64,000 bases of DNA from Haliotis cracherodii (GCF_022045235.1 NW_027266264.1:88536001-88600000), one strand, 5' to 3'; shown: positions 26,367-41,203, counted from the first letter of the stretch. A program made the numbers and translations. Notes: generated from the sequence alone by a model not told the origin.

Positions 26367-29300
26367 GCCAATGTTAGTTTCTGTCTGTAAATGCCCTGAA
26401 ATCTGTGCCGATGTAAGTGCCTGTCTGCAAATGCCCTGAAATGTGTGCCAATGTTAGTGCCTGTCTGTAAATGCCCTGAAATGTGTGCCAAAGTAAGTGC
26501 CTGTCTTTAAATGCCCTGAAATGTGTGCCAGTGTAAGTGCCTGTCTGTAAATGGCCTGAAATGTGTACCAATGTAAGTGCCTGTCTGTAAATGCTCTGAA
26601 ATGTGTGCCAATGTAAGTGCCTGTCTGTAAATGCCCTGAAATGTGTGCCAATGTAAGTGCCTGTCTGTAAATGCCCTGAAATGTGTGCCAATGTAAGTGC
26701 CTGTCTGTAAATGGCCTGAAATGTGTGCCAATGTAAGTGCCTGTCTGTAAATGGCCTGAAATGTGTGCCAATGTAAGTGCCTGTCTGTAAATGCTCTGAA
26801 ATGTGTGGGCGCTGAAATGTGTGCCAATGTAAGTGCCTGTCTGTAAATGCCCTGAAATGTGTGCCAATGTAAGTGCCTGTCTTTAAATGCCCTGAAATGT
26901 GTGCCAGTGTAAGTGCCTGTCTGTAAATGGCCTGAAATGTGTGCCAATGTAAGTGCCTGTCTGTGTGCCAATGTAAGTGCCTGTCTGTAAATGCCCTGAA
27001 ATGTGTGCCAATGTAAGTGCCTGTCTGTAAATGCCCTGAAATGTGTCCCAAAGTGCCTGTCTGTAAATGCCCTGAAATGTGTGCCAATGTTAATGCCTGT
27101 CTTTAAATGCCCTGAAATGTGTGCCAGTGTAAGTGCCTGTCTGTAAATGGCCTGAAATGTGTACCAATGTAAATGCCTGTCTGTAAATGCCCTGAAATGT
27201 GTGCCAATGTAAGTGCCTGTCTGTAAATGGCCTGAAATGTGTGCCAATGTAAGTGCCTGTCTGTAAATGGCCTGAAATGTGTGCCAATGTAAGTGCCTGT
27301 CTGTAAATAGCCTGAAATGTGTGCCAATGTAAGTGCCTGTCTGTAAATGCCCTGAAATGTGTGGGTGCTGAAATGTGTGCCAATGTAAGTGCCTGTCTGT
27401 AAATCCCTGAAATGTGTGCCAAAGTGCCTCTCTGTAAATGCCCTGAAATGTGTGCCAATGTAAGTGCCTGTCTGTAAATGGCCTGAAATGTGTACCAATG
27501 TAAGTGCCTGTCTGTAAATGCTCTGAAATGTGTACCAATGTAAGTGCCTGTCTGTAAATGCCCTGAGATGTGTGCCAATGTAAGTGCCTGTCTGTAAATG
27601 CCCTGAAATGTGTGCCAAAGTGCCTGTCTGTAAATGCCCTGAAATGTGTGCCAATGTTAATGCCTGTCTGTAAATGGCCTGAAATGTGTACCAATGTAAG
27701 TGCCTGTCTGTAAATGGCCTGAAATGTGTGCCAATGTAAGTGCCTCTCTGTAAATGCCCTGAAATGTGTGCCAATGTTAATGCCTGTCTTTAAATGCCCT
27801 GAAATGTGTGCCAATGTAAGTGCCTGTCTGTAAATGGCCTGAAATGTGTACCAATGTAAGTGCCTGTCTGTAAATGCTCTGAAATGTGTACCAATGTAAG
27901 TGCCTGTCTGTAAATGCCCTGAAATGTGTGCCAATGTAAGTGCCTGTCTGTAAATGGCCTGAAATGTGTGCCAATGTAAGTGCCTGTCTGTAAATGGCCT
28001 GAAATGTGTGCCAATGTAAGTGCCTGTCCTTAAATGGCCTGAAATGTGTGCCAATGTAAGTGCCTGTCTGTAAATGGCCTGAAATGTGTGCCAATGTAAG
28101 TGCCTGTCTGTAAATGCCCTGAAATGTGTGCCAAAGTGCCTGTCTGTAAATGCTCTGAAATGTGTGCCAATTTTAATGCCTGTCTTTAAATGCCCTGAAA
28201 TGTGTGCCAGTGTAAGTGCCTGTCTGTAAATGGCCTGAAATGTGTACCAATGTAAGTGCCTGTCTGTAAATGCCCTGAAATGTGTGGGTGCTGAAATGTG
28301 TGCCAATGTAAGTGCCTGTCTGTAAATCCCTGAAATGTGTGCCAAAGTGCCTCTCTGTAAATGCCCTGAAATGTGTGCCAATGTAAGTGCCTGTCTGTAA
28401 ATGGCCTGAAATGTGTACCAATGTAAGTGCCTGTCTGTAAATGCTCTGAAATGTGTACCAATGTAAGTGCCTGTCTGTAAATGCCCTGAGATGTGTGCCA
28501 ATGTAAGTGCCTGTCTGTAAATGCCCTGAAATGTGTGCCAAAGTGCCTGTCTGTAAATGCCCTGAAATGTGTGCCAATGTTAATGCCTGTCTGTAAATGG
28601 CCTGAAATGTGTACCAATGTAAGTGCCTGTCTGTAAATGGCCTGAAATGTGTGCCAATGTAAGTGCCTCTCTGTAAATGCCCTGAAATGTGTGCCAATGT
28701 TAATGCCTGTCTTTAAATGCCCTGAAATGTGTGCCAATGTAAGTGCCTGTCTGTAAATGGCCTGAAATGTGTACCAATGTAAGTGCCTGTCTGTAAATGC
28801 TCTGAAATGTGTACCAATGTAAGTGCCTGTCTGTAAATGCCCTGAAATGTGTGCCAATGTAAGTGCCTGTCTGTAAATGGCCTGAAATGTGTGCCAATGT
28901 AAGTGCCTGTCTGTAAATGGCCTGAAATGTGTGCCAATGTAAGTGCCTGTCCTTAAATGGCCTGAAATGTGTGCCAATGTAAGTGCCTGTCTGTAAATGG
29001 CCTGAAATGTGTGCCAATGTAAGTGCCTGTCTGTAAATGCCCTGAAATGTGTGCCAAAGTGCCTGTCTGTAAATGCTCTGAAATGTGTGCCAATTTTAAT
29101 GCCTGTCTTTAAATGCCCTGAAATGTGTGCCAGTGTAAGTGCCTGTCTGTAAATGGCCTGAAATGTGTACCAATGTAAGTGCCTGTCTGTAAATGCCCTG
29201 AAATGTGTGCCAATGTAAGTGCCTGTTTGTAAATGCCCTCAAATCTGTGCCAATGTAAGTGCCTGTCTGTACATGCTCTGAAATGTGTGCCAATGTAAGT

Positions 29301-31021
29301 GCCTGTCTGTAAATGCCCTGAAATGTGTGCCAATGTAAGTGCCTGTTTGTAAATGCCCTGAAATGTGTGCCAATGTAAGTGCCTGTCTGTAAATGGCCTG
29401 AAATGTGTGCCAATGTAAGTGCCTGTCTGTAAATGGCCTGAAATGTGTGCCAATGTAAATGCCTGTCTGTAAATAGCCTGAAATGTGTGCCAATGTAAGT
29501 GCCTGTCTGTAAATGCTCTGAAATGTGTGGGCGCTGAAATGTGTGCCAATGTAAGTGCCTGTCTGTAAATGCCCTGAAATGTGTGCCAAAGTGCCTCTCT
29601 GTAAATGCCCTGAAATGTGTGCCAATGTTAATGCCTGTCTTTAAATGCCCTGAAATGTGTGCCAGTGTAAGTGCCTGTCTGTAAATGGCCTGAAATGTGT
29701 ACCAATGTAAGTGCCTGTCTGTAAATGCTCTGAAATGTGTACCAATGTAAGTGCCTGTCTGTCTGTAAATGCTCTGAAATGTGTGCAAATGTAAGTGCCT
29801 GTCTGTAAATGCTCTGAAATATGTGGGCGCTGAAATGTGTGCCAATGTAAGTGCCTGTCTGTAAATGCCCTGAAATGTGTGCCAAAGTGCCTGTCTGTAA
29901 ATGCCCTGAAATGTGTACCAATGTAAGTGCCTGTCTGTAAATGGCCTGAAATGTGTGCCAATGTAAGTGCCTGTCTGTAAATGGCCTGAAATGTGTGCCA
30001 ATGTAAGTGCCTGTCTGTAAATAGCCTGAAATGTGTGCCAATGTAAGTGCCTGTCTGTAAATGCTCTGAAATGTGTGGGCGCTGAAATGTGTGCCAATGT
30101 AAGTGCCTGTCTGTAAATGCCCTGAAATGTGTGCCAAAGTGCCTCTCTGTAAATGCCCTGAAATGTGTGCCAATTTTAATGCCTGTCTTTAAATGCCCTG
30201 AAATGTGTGCCAGTGTAAGTGCCTGTCTGTCTGTAAATGCTCTGAAATGTGTACCAATGTAAGTGCCTGTCTGTCTGTAAATGCTCTGAAATGTGTGCCA
30301 ATGTAAGTGCCTGTCTGTAAATGCTCTGAAATGTGTGCCAATGTAAGTGCCTGTCTGTAAATGCCCTGAAATGTGTGCCAATGTAAGTGCCTGTCTGTAA
30401 ATGCTCTGAAATGTGTACCAATGTAAGTGCCTGTCTGTAAATGGCCTGAAATGTGTGCCAATGTAAGGGCCTGTCTGTAAATGGCCTGAAATGTGTACCA
30501 ATGTAAGTGCCTGTTCGTAAATGCCCTGAAATGGGGAACCAATGTTAATGCCCCTCTGTAAATGGCCTGAAATGTGTGCCAATGTAAGTGCCTGTCTGTA
30601 AATGACCTGAAATATGTGCCAATGTAAGTGCCTGTCTGTAAATAGCCTGAAATATGTGCCAATGATAGTGCCTGTCTGTAAGTGCCCTGAAATGTGTGCC
30701 AATGTAAGTGCCTGTCTGTAAATGCCCTGAAATGTGTGCCAATGTAAGTGCCTGTCTGTAAATGCCCTGAAATGTGTACCGATGTAAGTGCCTGTCTGTA
30801 AATGCCCTGAAATGTGTACCAATGTAAGTGCCTGTCTGTAAATGGCCTGAAATGTGTGCCAATGTAAGTGCCTGTCTGTAAATAGCCTGAAATGTGTGCC
30901 AATGTAAATGCCTGTCTGTAAATGGCCTGAAATGTGTACCAATGTTAATGCCTGTCTGTAAATGCCCTGAAATAAGTGTTTATGTTAGTACCTGTCTGTA
31001 GATGCCCTGAAATGTGTGCCA
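26367..31021. repeat. Minisatellite, 40-bp unit, with a 923-bp higher-order duplication
   Basis: AATGTAAGTGCCTGTCTGTAAATGSCCTGAAATGTGTGCC, >110 units. Identical translated blocks at 27777/28700 and 27790/28713 (offset 923). Confidence 0.98.
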
Positions 31022-31779
31022 CTTTGGTATTGTAGGAGCTTGGATAATGGCATGACATGCGCTACATGCCACAGTTGATATAGTTGTGATTACCCTCCCC
31101 CAATACAGCGTAGATAGCCCATGCCTCATTATGGGGAATATATATGTCTACAGCATCACTTCCTGGCCTCCTTGAATGTCACCCAGGCCTCCCCATTACA
31201 ATACACACACCTTGTTTCCCCGATTACTGATTCATGACCTTTGTCATCAGACTTGGGGACAGTTTGTGAGGCCAGCCCTTTCAGCTGAGAACCATTACCA
31301 TTGTTGCTGACTAAATCATTACTTAACATAAAATATGAATATTGTTGAGGTGGTCCAGTAAAACCTGATATAGTATGTGGACAAGAATTGTCCTGTGGTA
31401 TTAGCATTTGCTTTGAATATATATACTAAATATGAATAGACATGTATATGAATATTGGCCATATCACTTGGGAGACTTAACTCAGACGTTATCATATATT
31501 TTTTAGGTTATCCTTTTTCTTATTATCCTATTAATTTAAAAAAGCATGTTGATATGTGTGTTATGTTTCTCAAAAATAATGATAAAATATAACCACTCTG
31601 TGAAATCATGTAGGCATGTGAAACAGCAGATTGTAAGTCCAGCATGGAATTAATCCTGATTGTTTGCAGCTGCAAACATGTTGATATGTGACCAAGGGAG
31701 AATGGATATGGTCCAAGGTGCTGGTGTGTATGATGAGGATGGGTGGGGAGACAGACCCTCCTCCTGACTCACCATTCTA

Positions 31780-32677
31780 ACACCATTCTGTCACCATTGT
31801 GTGTCACCATTGTGTGTCACCATTGTGTGTCACCATTCTGTGTCACCATTCTTTGTCACTATTCTGTGTCACCATTCTGTCACCATTCTGTCACCATTGT
31901 GTGTCACCATTGTATGTCACCATTGTGTCACCATTCTGTGTCACCACTGTGTGTCACTATTCTGTGTCACCATTCTGTCACCATTGTATGCCACCATTGT
32001 GTGTCACCATTCTGTGTCACCACTGTGTGTCACCATTCTTTGTCACTATTCCGTGTCACCATTCTGTCACCATTCTGTCACCATTGTGTCACCAATGTGT
32101 CACCATTCTGTGTCACCACTGTGTGTCACTATTCTGTGTCACCACTGTGTCACCATTCTTTGTCACTATTCTGTGTCACCATTGTGTCACTATTCTGTGT
32201 CACCATTGTGTCACCATTCTTGTCACCATTCTTGTCACCATTGTGTGTCACCATTATGTCTCTATTCTGTGTCACCATTGTGTGTCACCATTGTGTGTCA
32301 CCATTGTGTGTCACCATTCTTGTCACCATTGTGTGTCACCATTGTGTGTCACCATTCTTGTCACCATTGTGTGTCACCATTGTGTGTCACCATTCTTTGT
32401 CACCATTGTATGTCACCATTCTGTGACGCCATTCTGGGTCACCATTCTGTGTCACCATTCTGTGTCACTATTCTGTGTCACCATTCTGTGTCACCATTCT
32501 GTGTCACCATTCTGTGTCACTATTTTGTGTCACTATTCTGTTTCACCATTCCGTGTCACCATTGTGTGTCGCCATTGTGTGTCTCCATTGTGTGTCACCA
32601 TTCTGTGTCACCATTCTGTGTCGCCATTCTGTGACACCATTCTGTGTCACCATTCTTTGTCACTATGCTGTGTCACA
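31780..32677. repeat. Short-unit (11-13 bp) minisatellite
   Basis: TGTCACCATT(C/G)TG variants, ~70 units. Confidence 0.97.
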
Positions 32678-32981
32678 GTACAGCTGGGTAGAAGCTGGGT
32701 AGGATTTAATTTGAATACTGCCATGTTTTTTTCTGTTCCAGTTGTGGTATAATGGAAACACATCAACATGTGTTTCACATTTATCAATGACTTTTGTGCA
32801 ACACATTATTAGATTCATATCGATGTACACCAATATCTGTGTGTACCATGCTGGCTGAACACAAATTCCTGAAACCAATGACCATGAACAAATTATGAAT
32901 ATCAGTGCAAAGTCCCGGTGTGTGGAAGCTGAATCATTTACATTGAGGTATTGATTGAAAATTTAACTATCTTGGCATGCT

Positions 32982-35900
32982 AAAGTAATATATGATCTCA
33001 CCATCCATCTATCATGACATGTCAAGTAATATACGATCAAATCATCCATCTACCATGACATGTCAAGTAATATATAATCTCACCATCCATCTACCATGAC
33101 ATGTCAAGTAATATATGATCTCACCATCTATCTATCATCACATATCAAGTAATATATGATCTCACCATCCATCTATCATGACATGTCAAGTAATATATGA
33201 TCTCACCATCCATCTATCATAATATGCTCAAGTAATATATGATCTCACCATCCATCTATCATGACATGTCAAGTAATATATGATCTCACCATCCATCTAT
33301 CATAACATGCTCAGGTAATATATGGTCTCACCATCCATCTATCATAACATGCTCAAGTCATATATGATCTCACCATCCATCTATCATAACATGCTCAAGT
33401 AACATATGATCATATGACCATCCATCTATCATGACATGTCAAGTAATATATGATCTCACCATCCATCTATCATGACATGTCAAGTAATATATGATCTCAC
33501 CATCCATCTATCATAACATGTCAAGTAATATATGATCTCACCATCCATCTACCATGACATGTCAAGTAATATATGATCTCACCATCCATCTATCATAATA
33601 TGCTCAAGTAATATATGATCTCACCATCCATCTATCATAACATGCTCAAGTAACATATGATCTCACTATCCATCTATCATAACATGCTCAAGTAACATAT
33701 GATCTCACTATCCATCTATCATAACATGCTCAAGTAACATATGATCTCAACATCCATCTATCATGACATATCAAGTAATATATGATCTCGCCATCCATCT
33801 ATCATAACATGCTCAAGTAATATATGATCTCACCATCCATCTATCATAACATGCTCAAGTAATATATGATCTCAACATCCATCTATCATGACATATCAAG
33901 TAATATATGATCTCACCATCCATCTATCATAACATGCTCAAGTAACATATGATCTCACTATCCATCTATCATGACATATCAAGTAATATATGATCTCGCC
34001 ATCCATCTATCATAACATGCTCAAGTAATATATGATCTCACCATCCATCTATCATAACATGCTCAAGTAATATATGATCTCAACATCCATCTATCATGAC
34101 ATATCAAGTAATATATGATCTCACCATCCATCTATCATAACATGCTCAAGTAACATATGATCTCACTATCCATCTATCATGACATATCAAGTAATATATG
34201 ATCTCACCATCCATCTATCATAATATGCTCAAGTAATATATGATCTCACCATCCATCTATCATGACATGTCAAGTAATATATGATCTCACCATCCATCTA
34301 TCATGACATGTCAAGTAATATATGATCTCACCATCCATCTATCATAACATGTCAAGTAATATATGATCTCACCATCCATCTACCATGACATGTCAAGTAA
34401 TATATGATCTCACCATCCATCTATCATAATATGCTCAAGTAATATATGATCTCACATCCATCTATCAGAATATGCTCAAGTAACATATGATCTCACCATC
34501 CATCTATCATGACATGCTCAAGTAATATATGATCTCACCATCCATCTATCATAATATGCTCAAGTAATATATGATCTCACCATCCATCTATCATGACATA
34601 TCAAGTAATATATGATCTCGCCATTCATCTATCATAACATGCTCAAGTAATATATGGTCTCACCATCCATCTATCATAACATGCTTAAGTAATATATGAT
34701 CTCACTATCCATCTATCATGACATATCAAGTAATATATGATCTCACTATCCATCTATCATAACATGCTCAAGTAATATATGATCTCACTATCCATCTATC
34801 ATGACATATCAAGTAATATATGATCTCACTATCCATCTATCATAACATGTCAAGTAATATATGATCTCACCATTCATCTACCATGACATGACAAGTAATA
34901 TATGATCTCACCATCCATCTATCATGACATGTCAAGTAATACATGATCTCACCATCCATCTATCATAATATGCTCAAATAATATATGTTCTCACCATCCA
35001 TCTATCATGACATGTCAAGTAATATATGATCTCACCATCCATCTATCATGACATGTCAAGTAATATATGATCTCACCATCCATCTATCATAACATGCTCA
35101 AGTAATATATGATCTCACTATCCATCTATCATGACATATCAAGTAATATATGATCTCACCATCCATCTATCATAATATGCTCAAGTAATATATGATCTCA
35201 CCATCCATCTACCATGACATGTCAAGTAATATATGATCTCACCATCCATCTATCATAACATGCTCAAGTAATATATGATCTCAACATCCATCTATCATAA
35301 CATGTCAAGTAATATATGATCTCACCATCCATCTTCCATAACATGCCAAGTAATATATGATTTCACCATTCATCTTTCATAACATGCCAAGTAATATATG
35401 ATCTCACCATTCATCTACCATGACATGACAAGTAATATATGATCTCACTATCCATCTATCATGACATGTCAAGTAATATATGATCTCACCATCCATCTAT
35501 CATAATATGCTCAAGTAATATATGATCTCACCATCTATCTATCATAACATGTCAAGTAATATATGATCTCACTATCCATCTATCATAATATGCTCAAGTA
35601 ATATATGATCTCACCATCCATCTATCATGACATGCTCAAGTAATATATGATCTCAACATCCATCTATCATGACATATCAAGTAATATATGATCTCGCCAT
35701 CCATCTATCATAACATGCTCAAGTAATATATGATCTCAACATCCATCTATCATGACATATCAAGTAATATATGATCTCGCCATCCATCTATCATAACATG
35801 CTCAAGTAATATATGATCTCAACATCCATCTATCATAACATGTCAAGTAATATATGATCTCACCATCCATCTTCCATAACATGCCAAGTAATATATGATT

Positions 35901-36946
35901 TCACCATTCATCTACCATGACATGACAAGTAATATATGATCTCACTATCCATCTATCATGACATGTCAAGTAATATATGATCTCACCATCCATCTATCAT
36001 AATATGCTCAAGTAATATATGATCTCACCATCTATCTATCATAACATGTCAAGTAATATATGATCTCACTATCCATCTATCATAATATGCTCAAGTAATA
36101 TATGATCTCACCATCCATCTATCATGACATGCTCAAGTAATATATGATCTCAACATCCATCTATCATGACATATCAAGTAATATATGATCTCGCCATCCA
36201 TCTATCATAACATGCTCAAGTAATATATGATCTCAACATCCATCTATCATGACATATCAAGTAATATATGATCTCGCCATCCATCTATCATAACATGCTC
36301 AAGTAATATATGATCTCAACATCCATCTATCATAACATGTCAAGTAATATATGATCTCACCATCCATCTTCCATAACATGCCAAGTAATATATGATTTCA
36401 CCATTCATCTTTCATAACATGCCAAGTAATATATGATCTCACCATTCATCTTCCATGACATGCTAAGTAATATATGATCTCACCATCCATCTTCCATAAC
36501 ATGCCAAGTAATATATGATCTCACCATCCATCTTCCATAACATGCCAAGTAATATATGATTTCACCATTCATCTATCATAACATGCCAAGTAATATATGA
36601 TCTCACCATCCATCTTCCATAACATGCCAAGTAATATATGATCTCACCATTCATCTATCATAACATGCCAAGTAATATATGATCTCACCATTCATCTATC
36701 ATGACATATCAAGTAATATATGATCTCACCATTCATCTATCATGACATGTCAAGTAATATATGGTCTCACCATCGATCTATCATTGCACGTCAAGTAATA
36801 TATGATCTCACCGTCCATCTTCCATAACATGCCAAGTAATATATGATCTCACCATTCATCTTCCATAACATGCCAAGTAATATATGATTTCACCATTCAT
36901 CTATCATAACATGCCAAGTAATATATAATCTCATCATCCATCTACC
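32982..36946. repeat. Satellite array A, 41/42-bp unit
   Basis: CAAGTAATATATGATCTCACCATCCATCTATCATRACATG(C)T, ~95 units; ~500-bp block duplication near 35400/35900. Confidence 0.98.
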
Positions 36947-37077
36947 CTGAAATGCACGATATCCATACGCTGTACCCATAGACTGAATGACACACAACAA
37001 AGTGAACTGGCAAAAGTTTACTGCACCATAGTATTTGCCAAATAATGCATGATAAGCACAATGTGAACAATCAAATA

Positions 37078-39932
37078 TACTTAACTGCAAAAGAAACATC
37101 ACCATGGATAGATATATGAGTAACCGTTTTAGTCCAAACACTGTATACATAGAGCGGAGGCAGGTATTACCCATCATGTGGCATTCACCGATGGATTTAT
37201 AAATCCCATCTCAAACGCGTTAAACATACACATTTACCCATCATAAATGCGCATGTCATAAGTAAGTATACTTTCTCTGCTGGAATGAACCTTCGATTGC
37301 CAAAATGAACGTGCTATCAATCCATAACAATCAATGTGCGACGCGGCCTCCTTGAACTCTAACCCACTAAGTGACATGAATATTCATGACCTACATTGCC
37401 CCTAAGCCAATCATATCTTGCTGAAGTTGGGTTTCCACCAGATATTTATAGACTAGCCAATCGCGGACTCGATGACATATTTCTGTCCCAGAATGCAGTC
37501 TTCCCGCCACATTGGCGGCCGTTAAAGTCTGTATCGGTAAAGGCCTCCACTTGAAATGTGAGTGCGGCATTTACCGATAACTCAACCACTGATAGTCCTG
37601 GTTGTATATGCAAATATTCAGTGAATTGAAACAATAAATATTGATATTTATGTTTCCTTCATCTAAAATTAACATATATGAGAGTTATACATAATATATA
37701 CAACATTTGCCCTAAATAAAATAGAATGCAAAATACACAAGAAAGCCGTGTTCACTCGATTTACAATAGATGAAATTATTCAGATACCTAAAGTAAAGCG
37801 CTAATGTGAATACATTAAAAAAAACAAATAAAATATATAATAGACCAGTATAAATATATTTATATATATTTATATATATAACATATAATATATATTGTAA
37901 CGTGAAGTATTTTCACCAGAAATAAGATGAAAAATCTTAATTTCACACTGTTAAAAATTAACGAATAATGTTATAATTACAGTATTTAGTAGAGTAAATC
38001 TCTTTTTTCAAAGGCGATCTTCAAAGAGGAATCGCCAGATGGGGTCTACCAAACAAAGACAAATATGTCTGTGTGTGTTATGCATTTGAGTAAAACGTAG
38101 AAGAAAAAAGTGTTTCCAAAGCATATTTAGTGTTTCTGTTGTAATCTAAGGAATTTTGAAACAAGCTATAGTCAATCAAAGTCCTCTCATCACATTACCA
38201 CATTGATAATATTTTGGGTCTTACATGGCTAGGATTTCATAAATATATCTTTAGCACTACACACAGGTACTAATTACTTAAAATTGTGAGTTCAATTTAA
38301 ACTATTGGTAATTGCCGACTGAAGTCATCGGCAGACCCACCCTTCGTCGGTAAATGCCGAACTTCCGGGTTTGCGTTTTTGTGCCGTGTTACGAACCCAC
38401 TACATAAAAAACATGGCCACACTGCATATTGTGGTAATAGAGTTGACTGAAAACACATTTGAGAGAACTCGTCGCCCAAATGCACTATGTTTTTATTTGC
38501 ACAGGGTTTCCCCCTTACCATATCGGTAATACTCGCCTCCGCTCTACTTTGAGACATATCAAAAAGATGAAACTTGGCAAAACTGATCATCAAGGTTCAA
38601 ATTACATAGTCAAATGTCCTTAAAGTGAAACTCAACACTAGTCTCTGAGAAAATGGCATCACAAGTCTGTATCTCTTGTGTCTGCCATGTGCATTGATGA
38701 CTGTCGTGCAACGTCGATACATGGAATGGATGAGGCGGTTGATGAAGGCCATAGGCACTTGAACCCACACTCTGAGGAACATCATTCAGCTGTCTTTGAA
38801 TCTCGTCCCACAGGTGCTCAATGGGATTTAATTCGGGACTGAGGGCTGGCCACTGCATGATTCTGATGCCATTCTGCTGGAGGAAGTCTCTTGTTGCTCT
38901 CTCAGTGTGGGCACGGGCGTTATCATGCTGAAACCTGCGGTTGTGCAAAATGAGGTATGGCGTGTCTCAAGACTCGATCAATGTACCGAACTGCTGTGAC
39001 ACCATTGCCTCTCCCTGGACCGATGTTCTGGGAGACCATAGGGCGGACCCTCTGTGCAAGACCAATTCCACCCCACACCATGATGCTCAGACCACCCCAC
39101 GACTCTCTCTCAACAACACAAGCATCTGAATAACATTCCCCACGGTGTCGCCAGGCTCTCGTTCTGCCATCTGCTGTTGAGATACAGTAACGGCTCTCGT
39201 CTGAGAAGAGGACTCTTCCACTGCCGGTGGCGCCAATGCTGATGCTGTGTTGCCCACTGAAGATGGTCCCGGCGATGATGTGGTGTCAGAATGGGTCCTC
39301 GGTGCGGCCTGTGACAGTGGAGGTGTCTGTTCATCAATCGTCGACACATGGTGTCCACACAAATGTGTCGCTGGTGTGTCTCCATGGTCTGTCAAGCAGT
39401 TTCCGCAGCAGTAACAAAGCGATCTTGAAGTTGCTGTCGCACCTTCTGACAATCCTGTCGTCGGGTGGTGACCCTTGGTCTTCCACCGTGTGGTCGGTCA
39501 TCTGTAGTGTTGGTGGTCTGGTACCGTTGCTGGAGCCTATATATGGTCCTTACGTGGACTTGAAATGCATTCGCTACTTGCCGGTCAGTTTGTCCAGCTT
39601 GCAATCGTCCAAGGGCTTGGCGTCGCTGATTTCTTGTCAATCTTGGCATGTGGTAGCAATTCAATAACGAATGATTGTTATCCGATCTGGGTGGGATTTT
39701 TATAGGACAAGAAATGGGGGAATGCATGTGCATTTTAAATTGCACGGAACTCATGTCCATCAGGTTACCATGGCCGTTGTCGTGATGCGTTTGGGCGATC
39801 GGTTTTATTGTCATCTGCTTTGTTTTTTTAATCATCAAATTTCATTTTCCCGGACAAGGTAATGTTAAATTTTAGAAACTTTGACAAAAATGACCCAGAT
39901 GTTTAAATTACAACTTTTCATGCAATGTTACT
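37078..39932 (-). mobile_element. Tc1-like DNA transposon, family B, copy 2 (inverted, 5' TIR lost, interrupted by a nested insertion)
   Basis: Reverse complement of 19563-21022. TIR TACTTAACTGCAAAAGAAACATCACC at 37078; transposase relic ATG at 39649 (MPRLTRNQRRQALGRL), FQHDNARAH, WPALSPELNPIEHLW. Homology stops at ~39932, before the 5' TIR. Confidence 0.93.
37152..38544. mobile_element. Non-autonomous TIR element (1393 bp) nested in Tc1 copy 2
   Basis: TIRs GAGCGGAGGCAGGTATTACC and GGTAATACTCGCCTCCGCTC (18 of 20), TA on both sides. Removing it restores the sequence present uninterrupted in copy 1 near 20940-20955. Confidence 0.9.
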
Positions 39933-40316
39933 CCTGAATATGGAAGTACATGAATCCCAAAACCCACTAATGGGTGTGAAGGAAAATGAGGAAGAATTTG
40001 CTAACATTGCCAAAAACATACACACAAAACTGCAATATTGAGAACAGACCCGTTTACAGTGAGGTTCATAAGGTAGACTCTGACAATGACCTCAGCTTGT
40101 TAGTCTGGGATATTTCCAAATACTTCAAGTATGTGTCACTGTTCCAAACCCCTAAAGATTAAACAATCTCACCTTCAAAAGCCAAGCCCCTTCACATAAC
40201 GACAAATCGAAAACACACATAACCCCACGAGGAGTAAACTGACAAGAAGAAAGTGCAAGGTCGGAGCAGGCGGAAAAGGCTGTTAATGAAGAAGCCTATA
40301 TGCCTACATGAGTTAG

Positions 40317-40484
40317 GGGGGCGGTCAGTTAGCCTTGTGGCTAAAGCATTCGCTCATCACGCTGAAGACCCGGGTTAGAATTCTGACATGGGTACAATGT
40401 GTGAAGCCCATTTCTGGTGTGGCCTGCCGTGATATTGCTGGAATATTGCTAAAAAAGACATTAAAACCATACTCACTCACTCAC
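40317..40484 (+). mobile_element. tRNA-derived SINE, full-length, diverged
   Basis: GGGGCGGTC head, degraded A and B boxes, same body as 16011, (ACTC)n tail, TSD AGTTAG at 40311-40316 and 40485-40490. Confidence 0.92.
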
Positions 40485-41203
40485 AGTTAGATTGGCCAGA
40501 CTGCTTCTTAGAGTTAACAGAAGTTGAGGTTAAGTCAGGGCGGCTGGAGTTTCTGTATTTCCGAGTTCACAATTTATTCCCTGGAAGACACATGAAATGA
40601 TCCAGTCATCTTTAATTATGTCGTTGTAGCCATTATTTTTTTGTAGATTTGATATTGGGACCAAGTATACCCTTACTGATTTGTAATTCTTGAATCCTTT
40701 TACTTTGACCAGATATTCAATGTAGAGAGCAATAGAGCCTGTAGGGACTGGAAGTGGCTGAATATGTCAGCTCTAACAATATGCGAAGTACGATTTCAGT
40801 TGACAGCTGTATGTTGTCTGTGTTATGTTGTCTGTTATTCTTGAGTCTCTGGACTGTTGCATGTTGGGTACTGTGTGGACTGGATTCCACCCACTGGAAG
40901 AGATGAACTGGGCAACAGTTCAAACATTCTAAATTGTATGTGGGATAAGCTAGGTAATACTCTCAAACAAGGACTAGCGGCCTGGGTCATCTCAGTGAGA
41001 CTGTATATGCAATCTTATTCAGCTCTCCCTTTAAATGCACTGCCACAATGTCAATATTATGCAACGCCTTAATCCCTAAAAAATCTCTGATATGTCTCAT
41101 TGCCTCTGAACTAAGAACAGTGCCCTTGTTGATAGCCGCTCTGCAGGTTATATTATCAATATACACTACAGGTTTCTTGTTCTGAGAAGTGAGTCTCCAT
41201 CCA

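Noticed and set aside
39935-40310. Coding-like A-rich tract where Tc1 copy 2 is truncated
   Set aside because: No open frame or recognisable motif; may be an old TE fragment but cannot be assigned.
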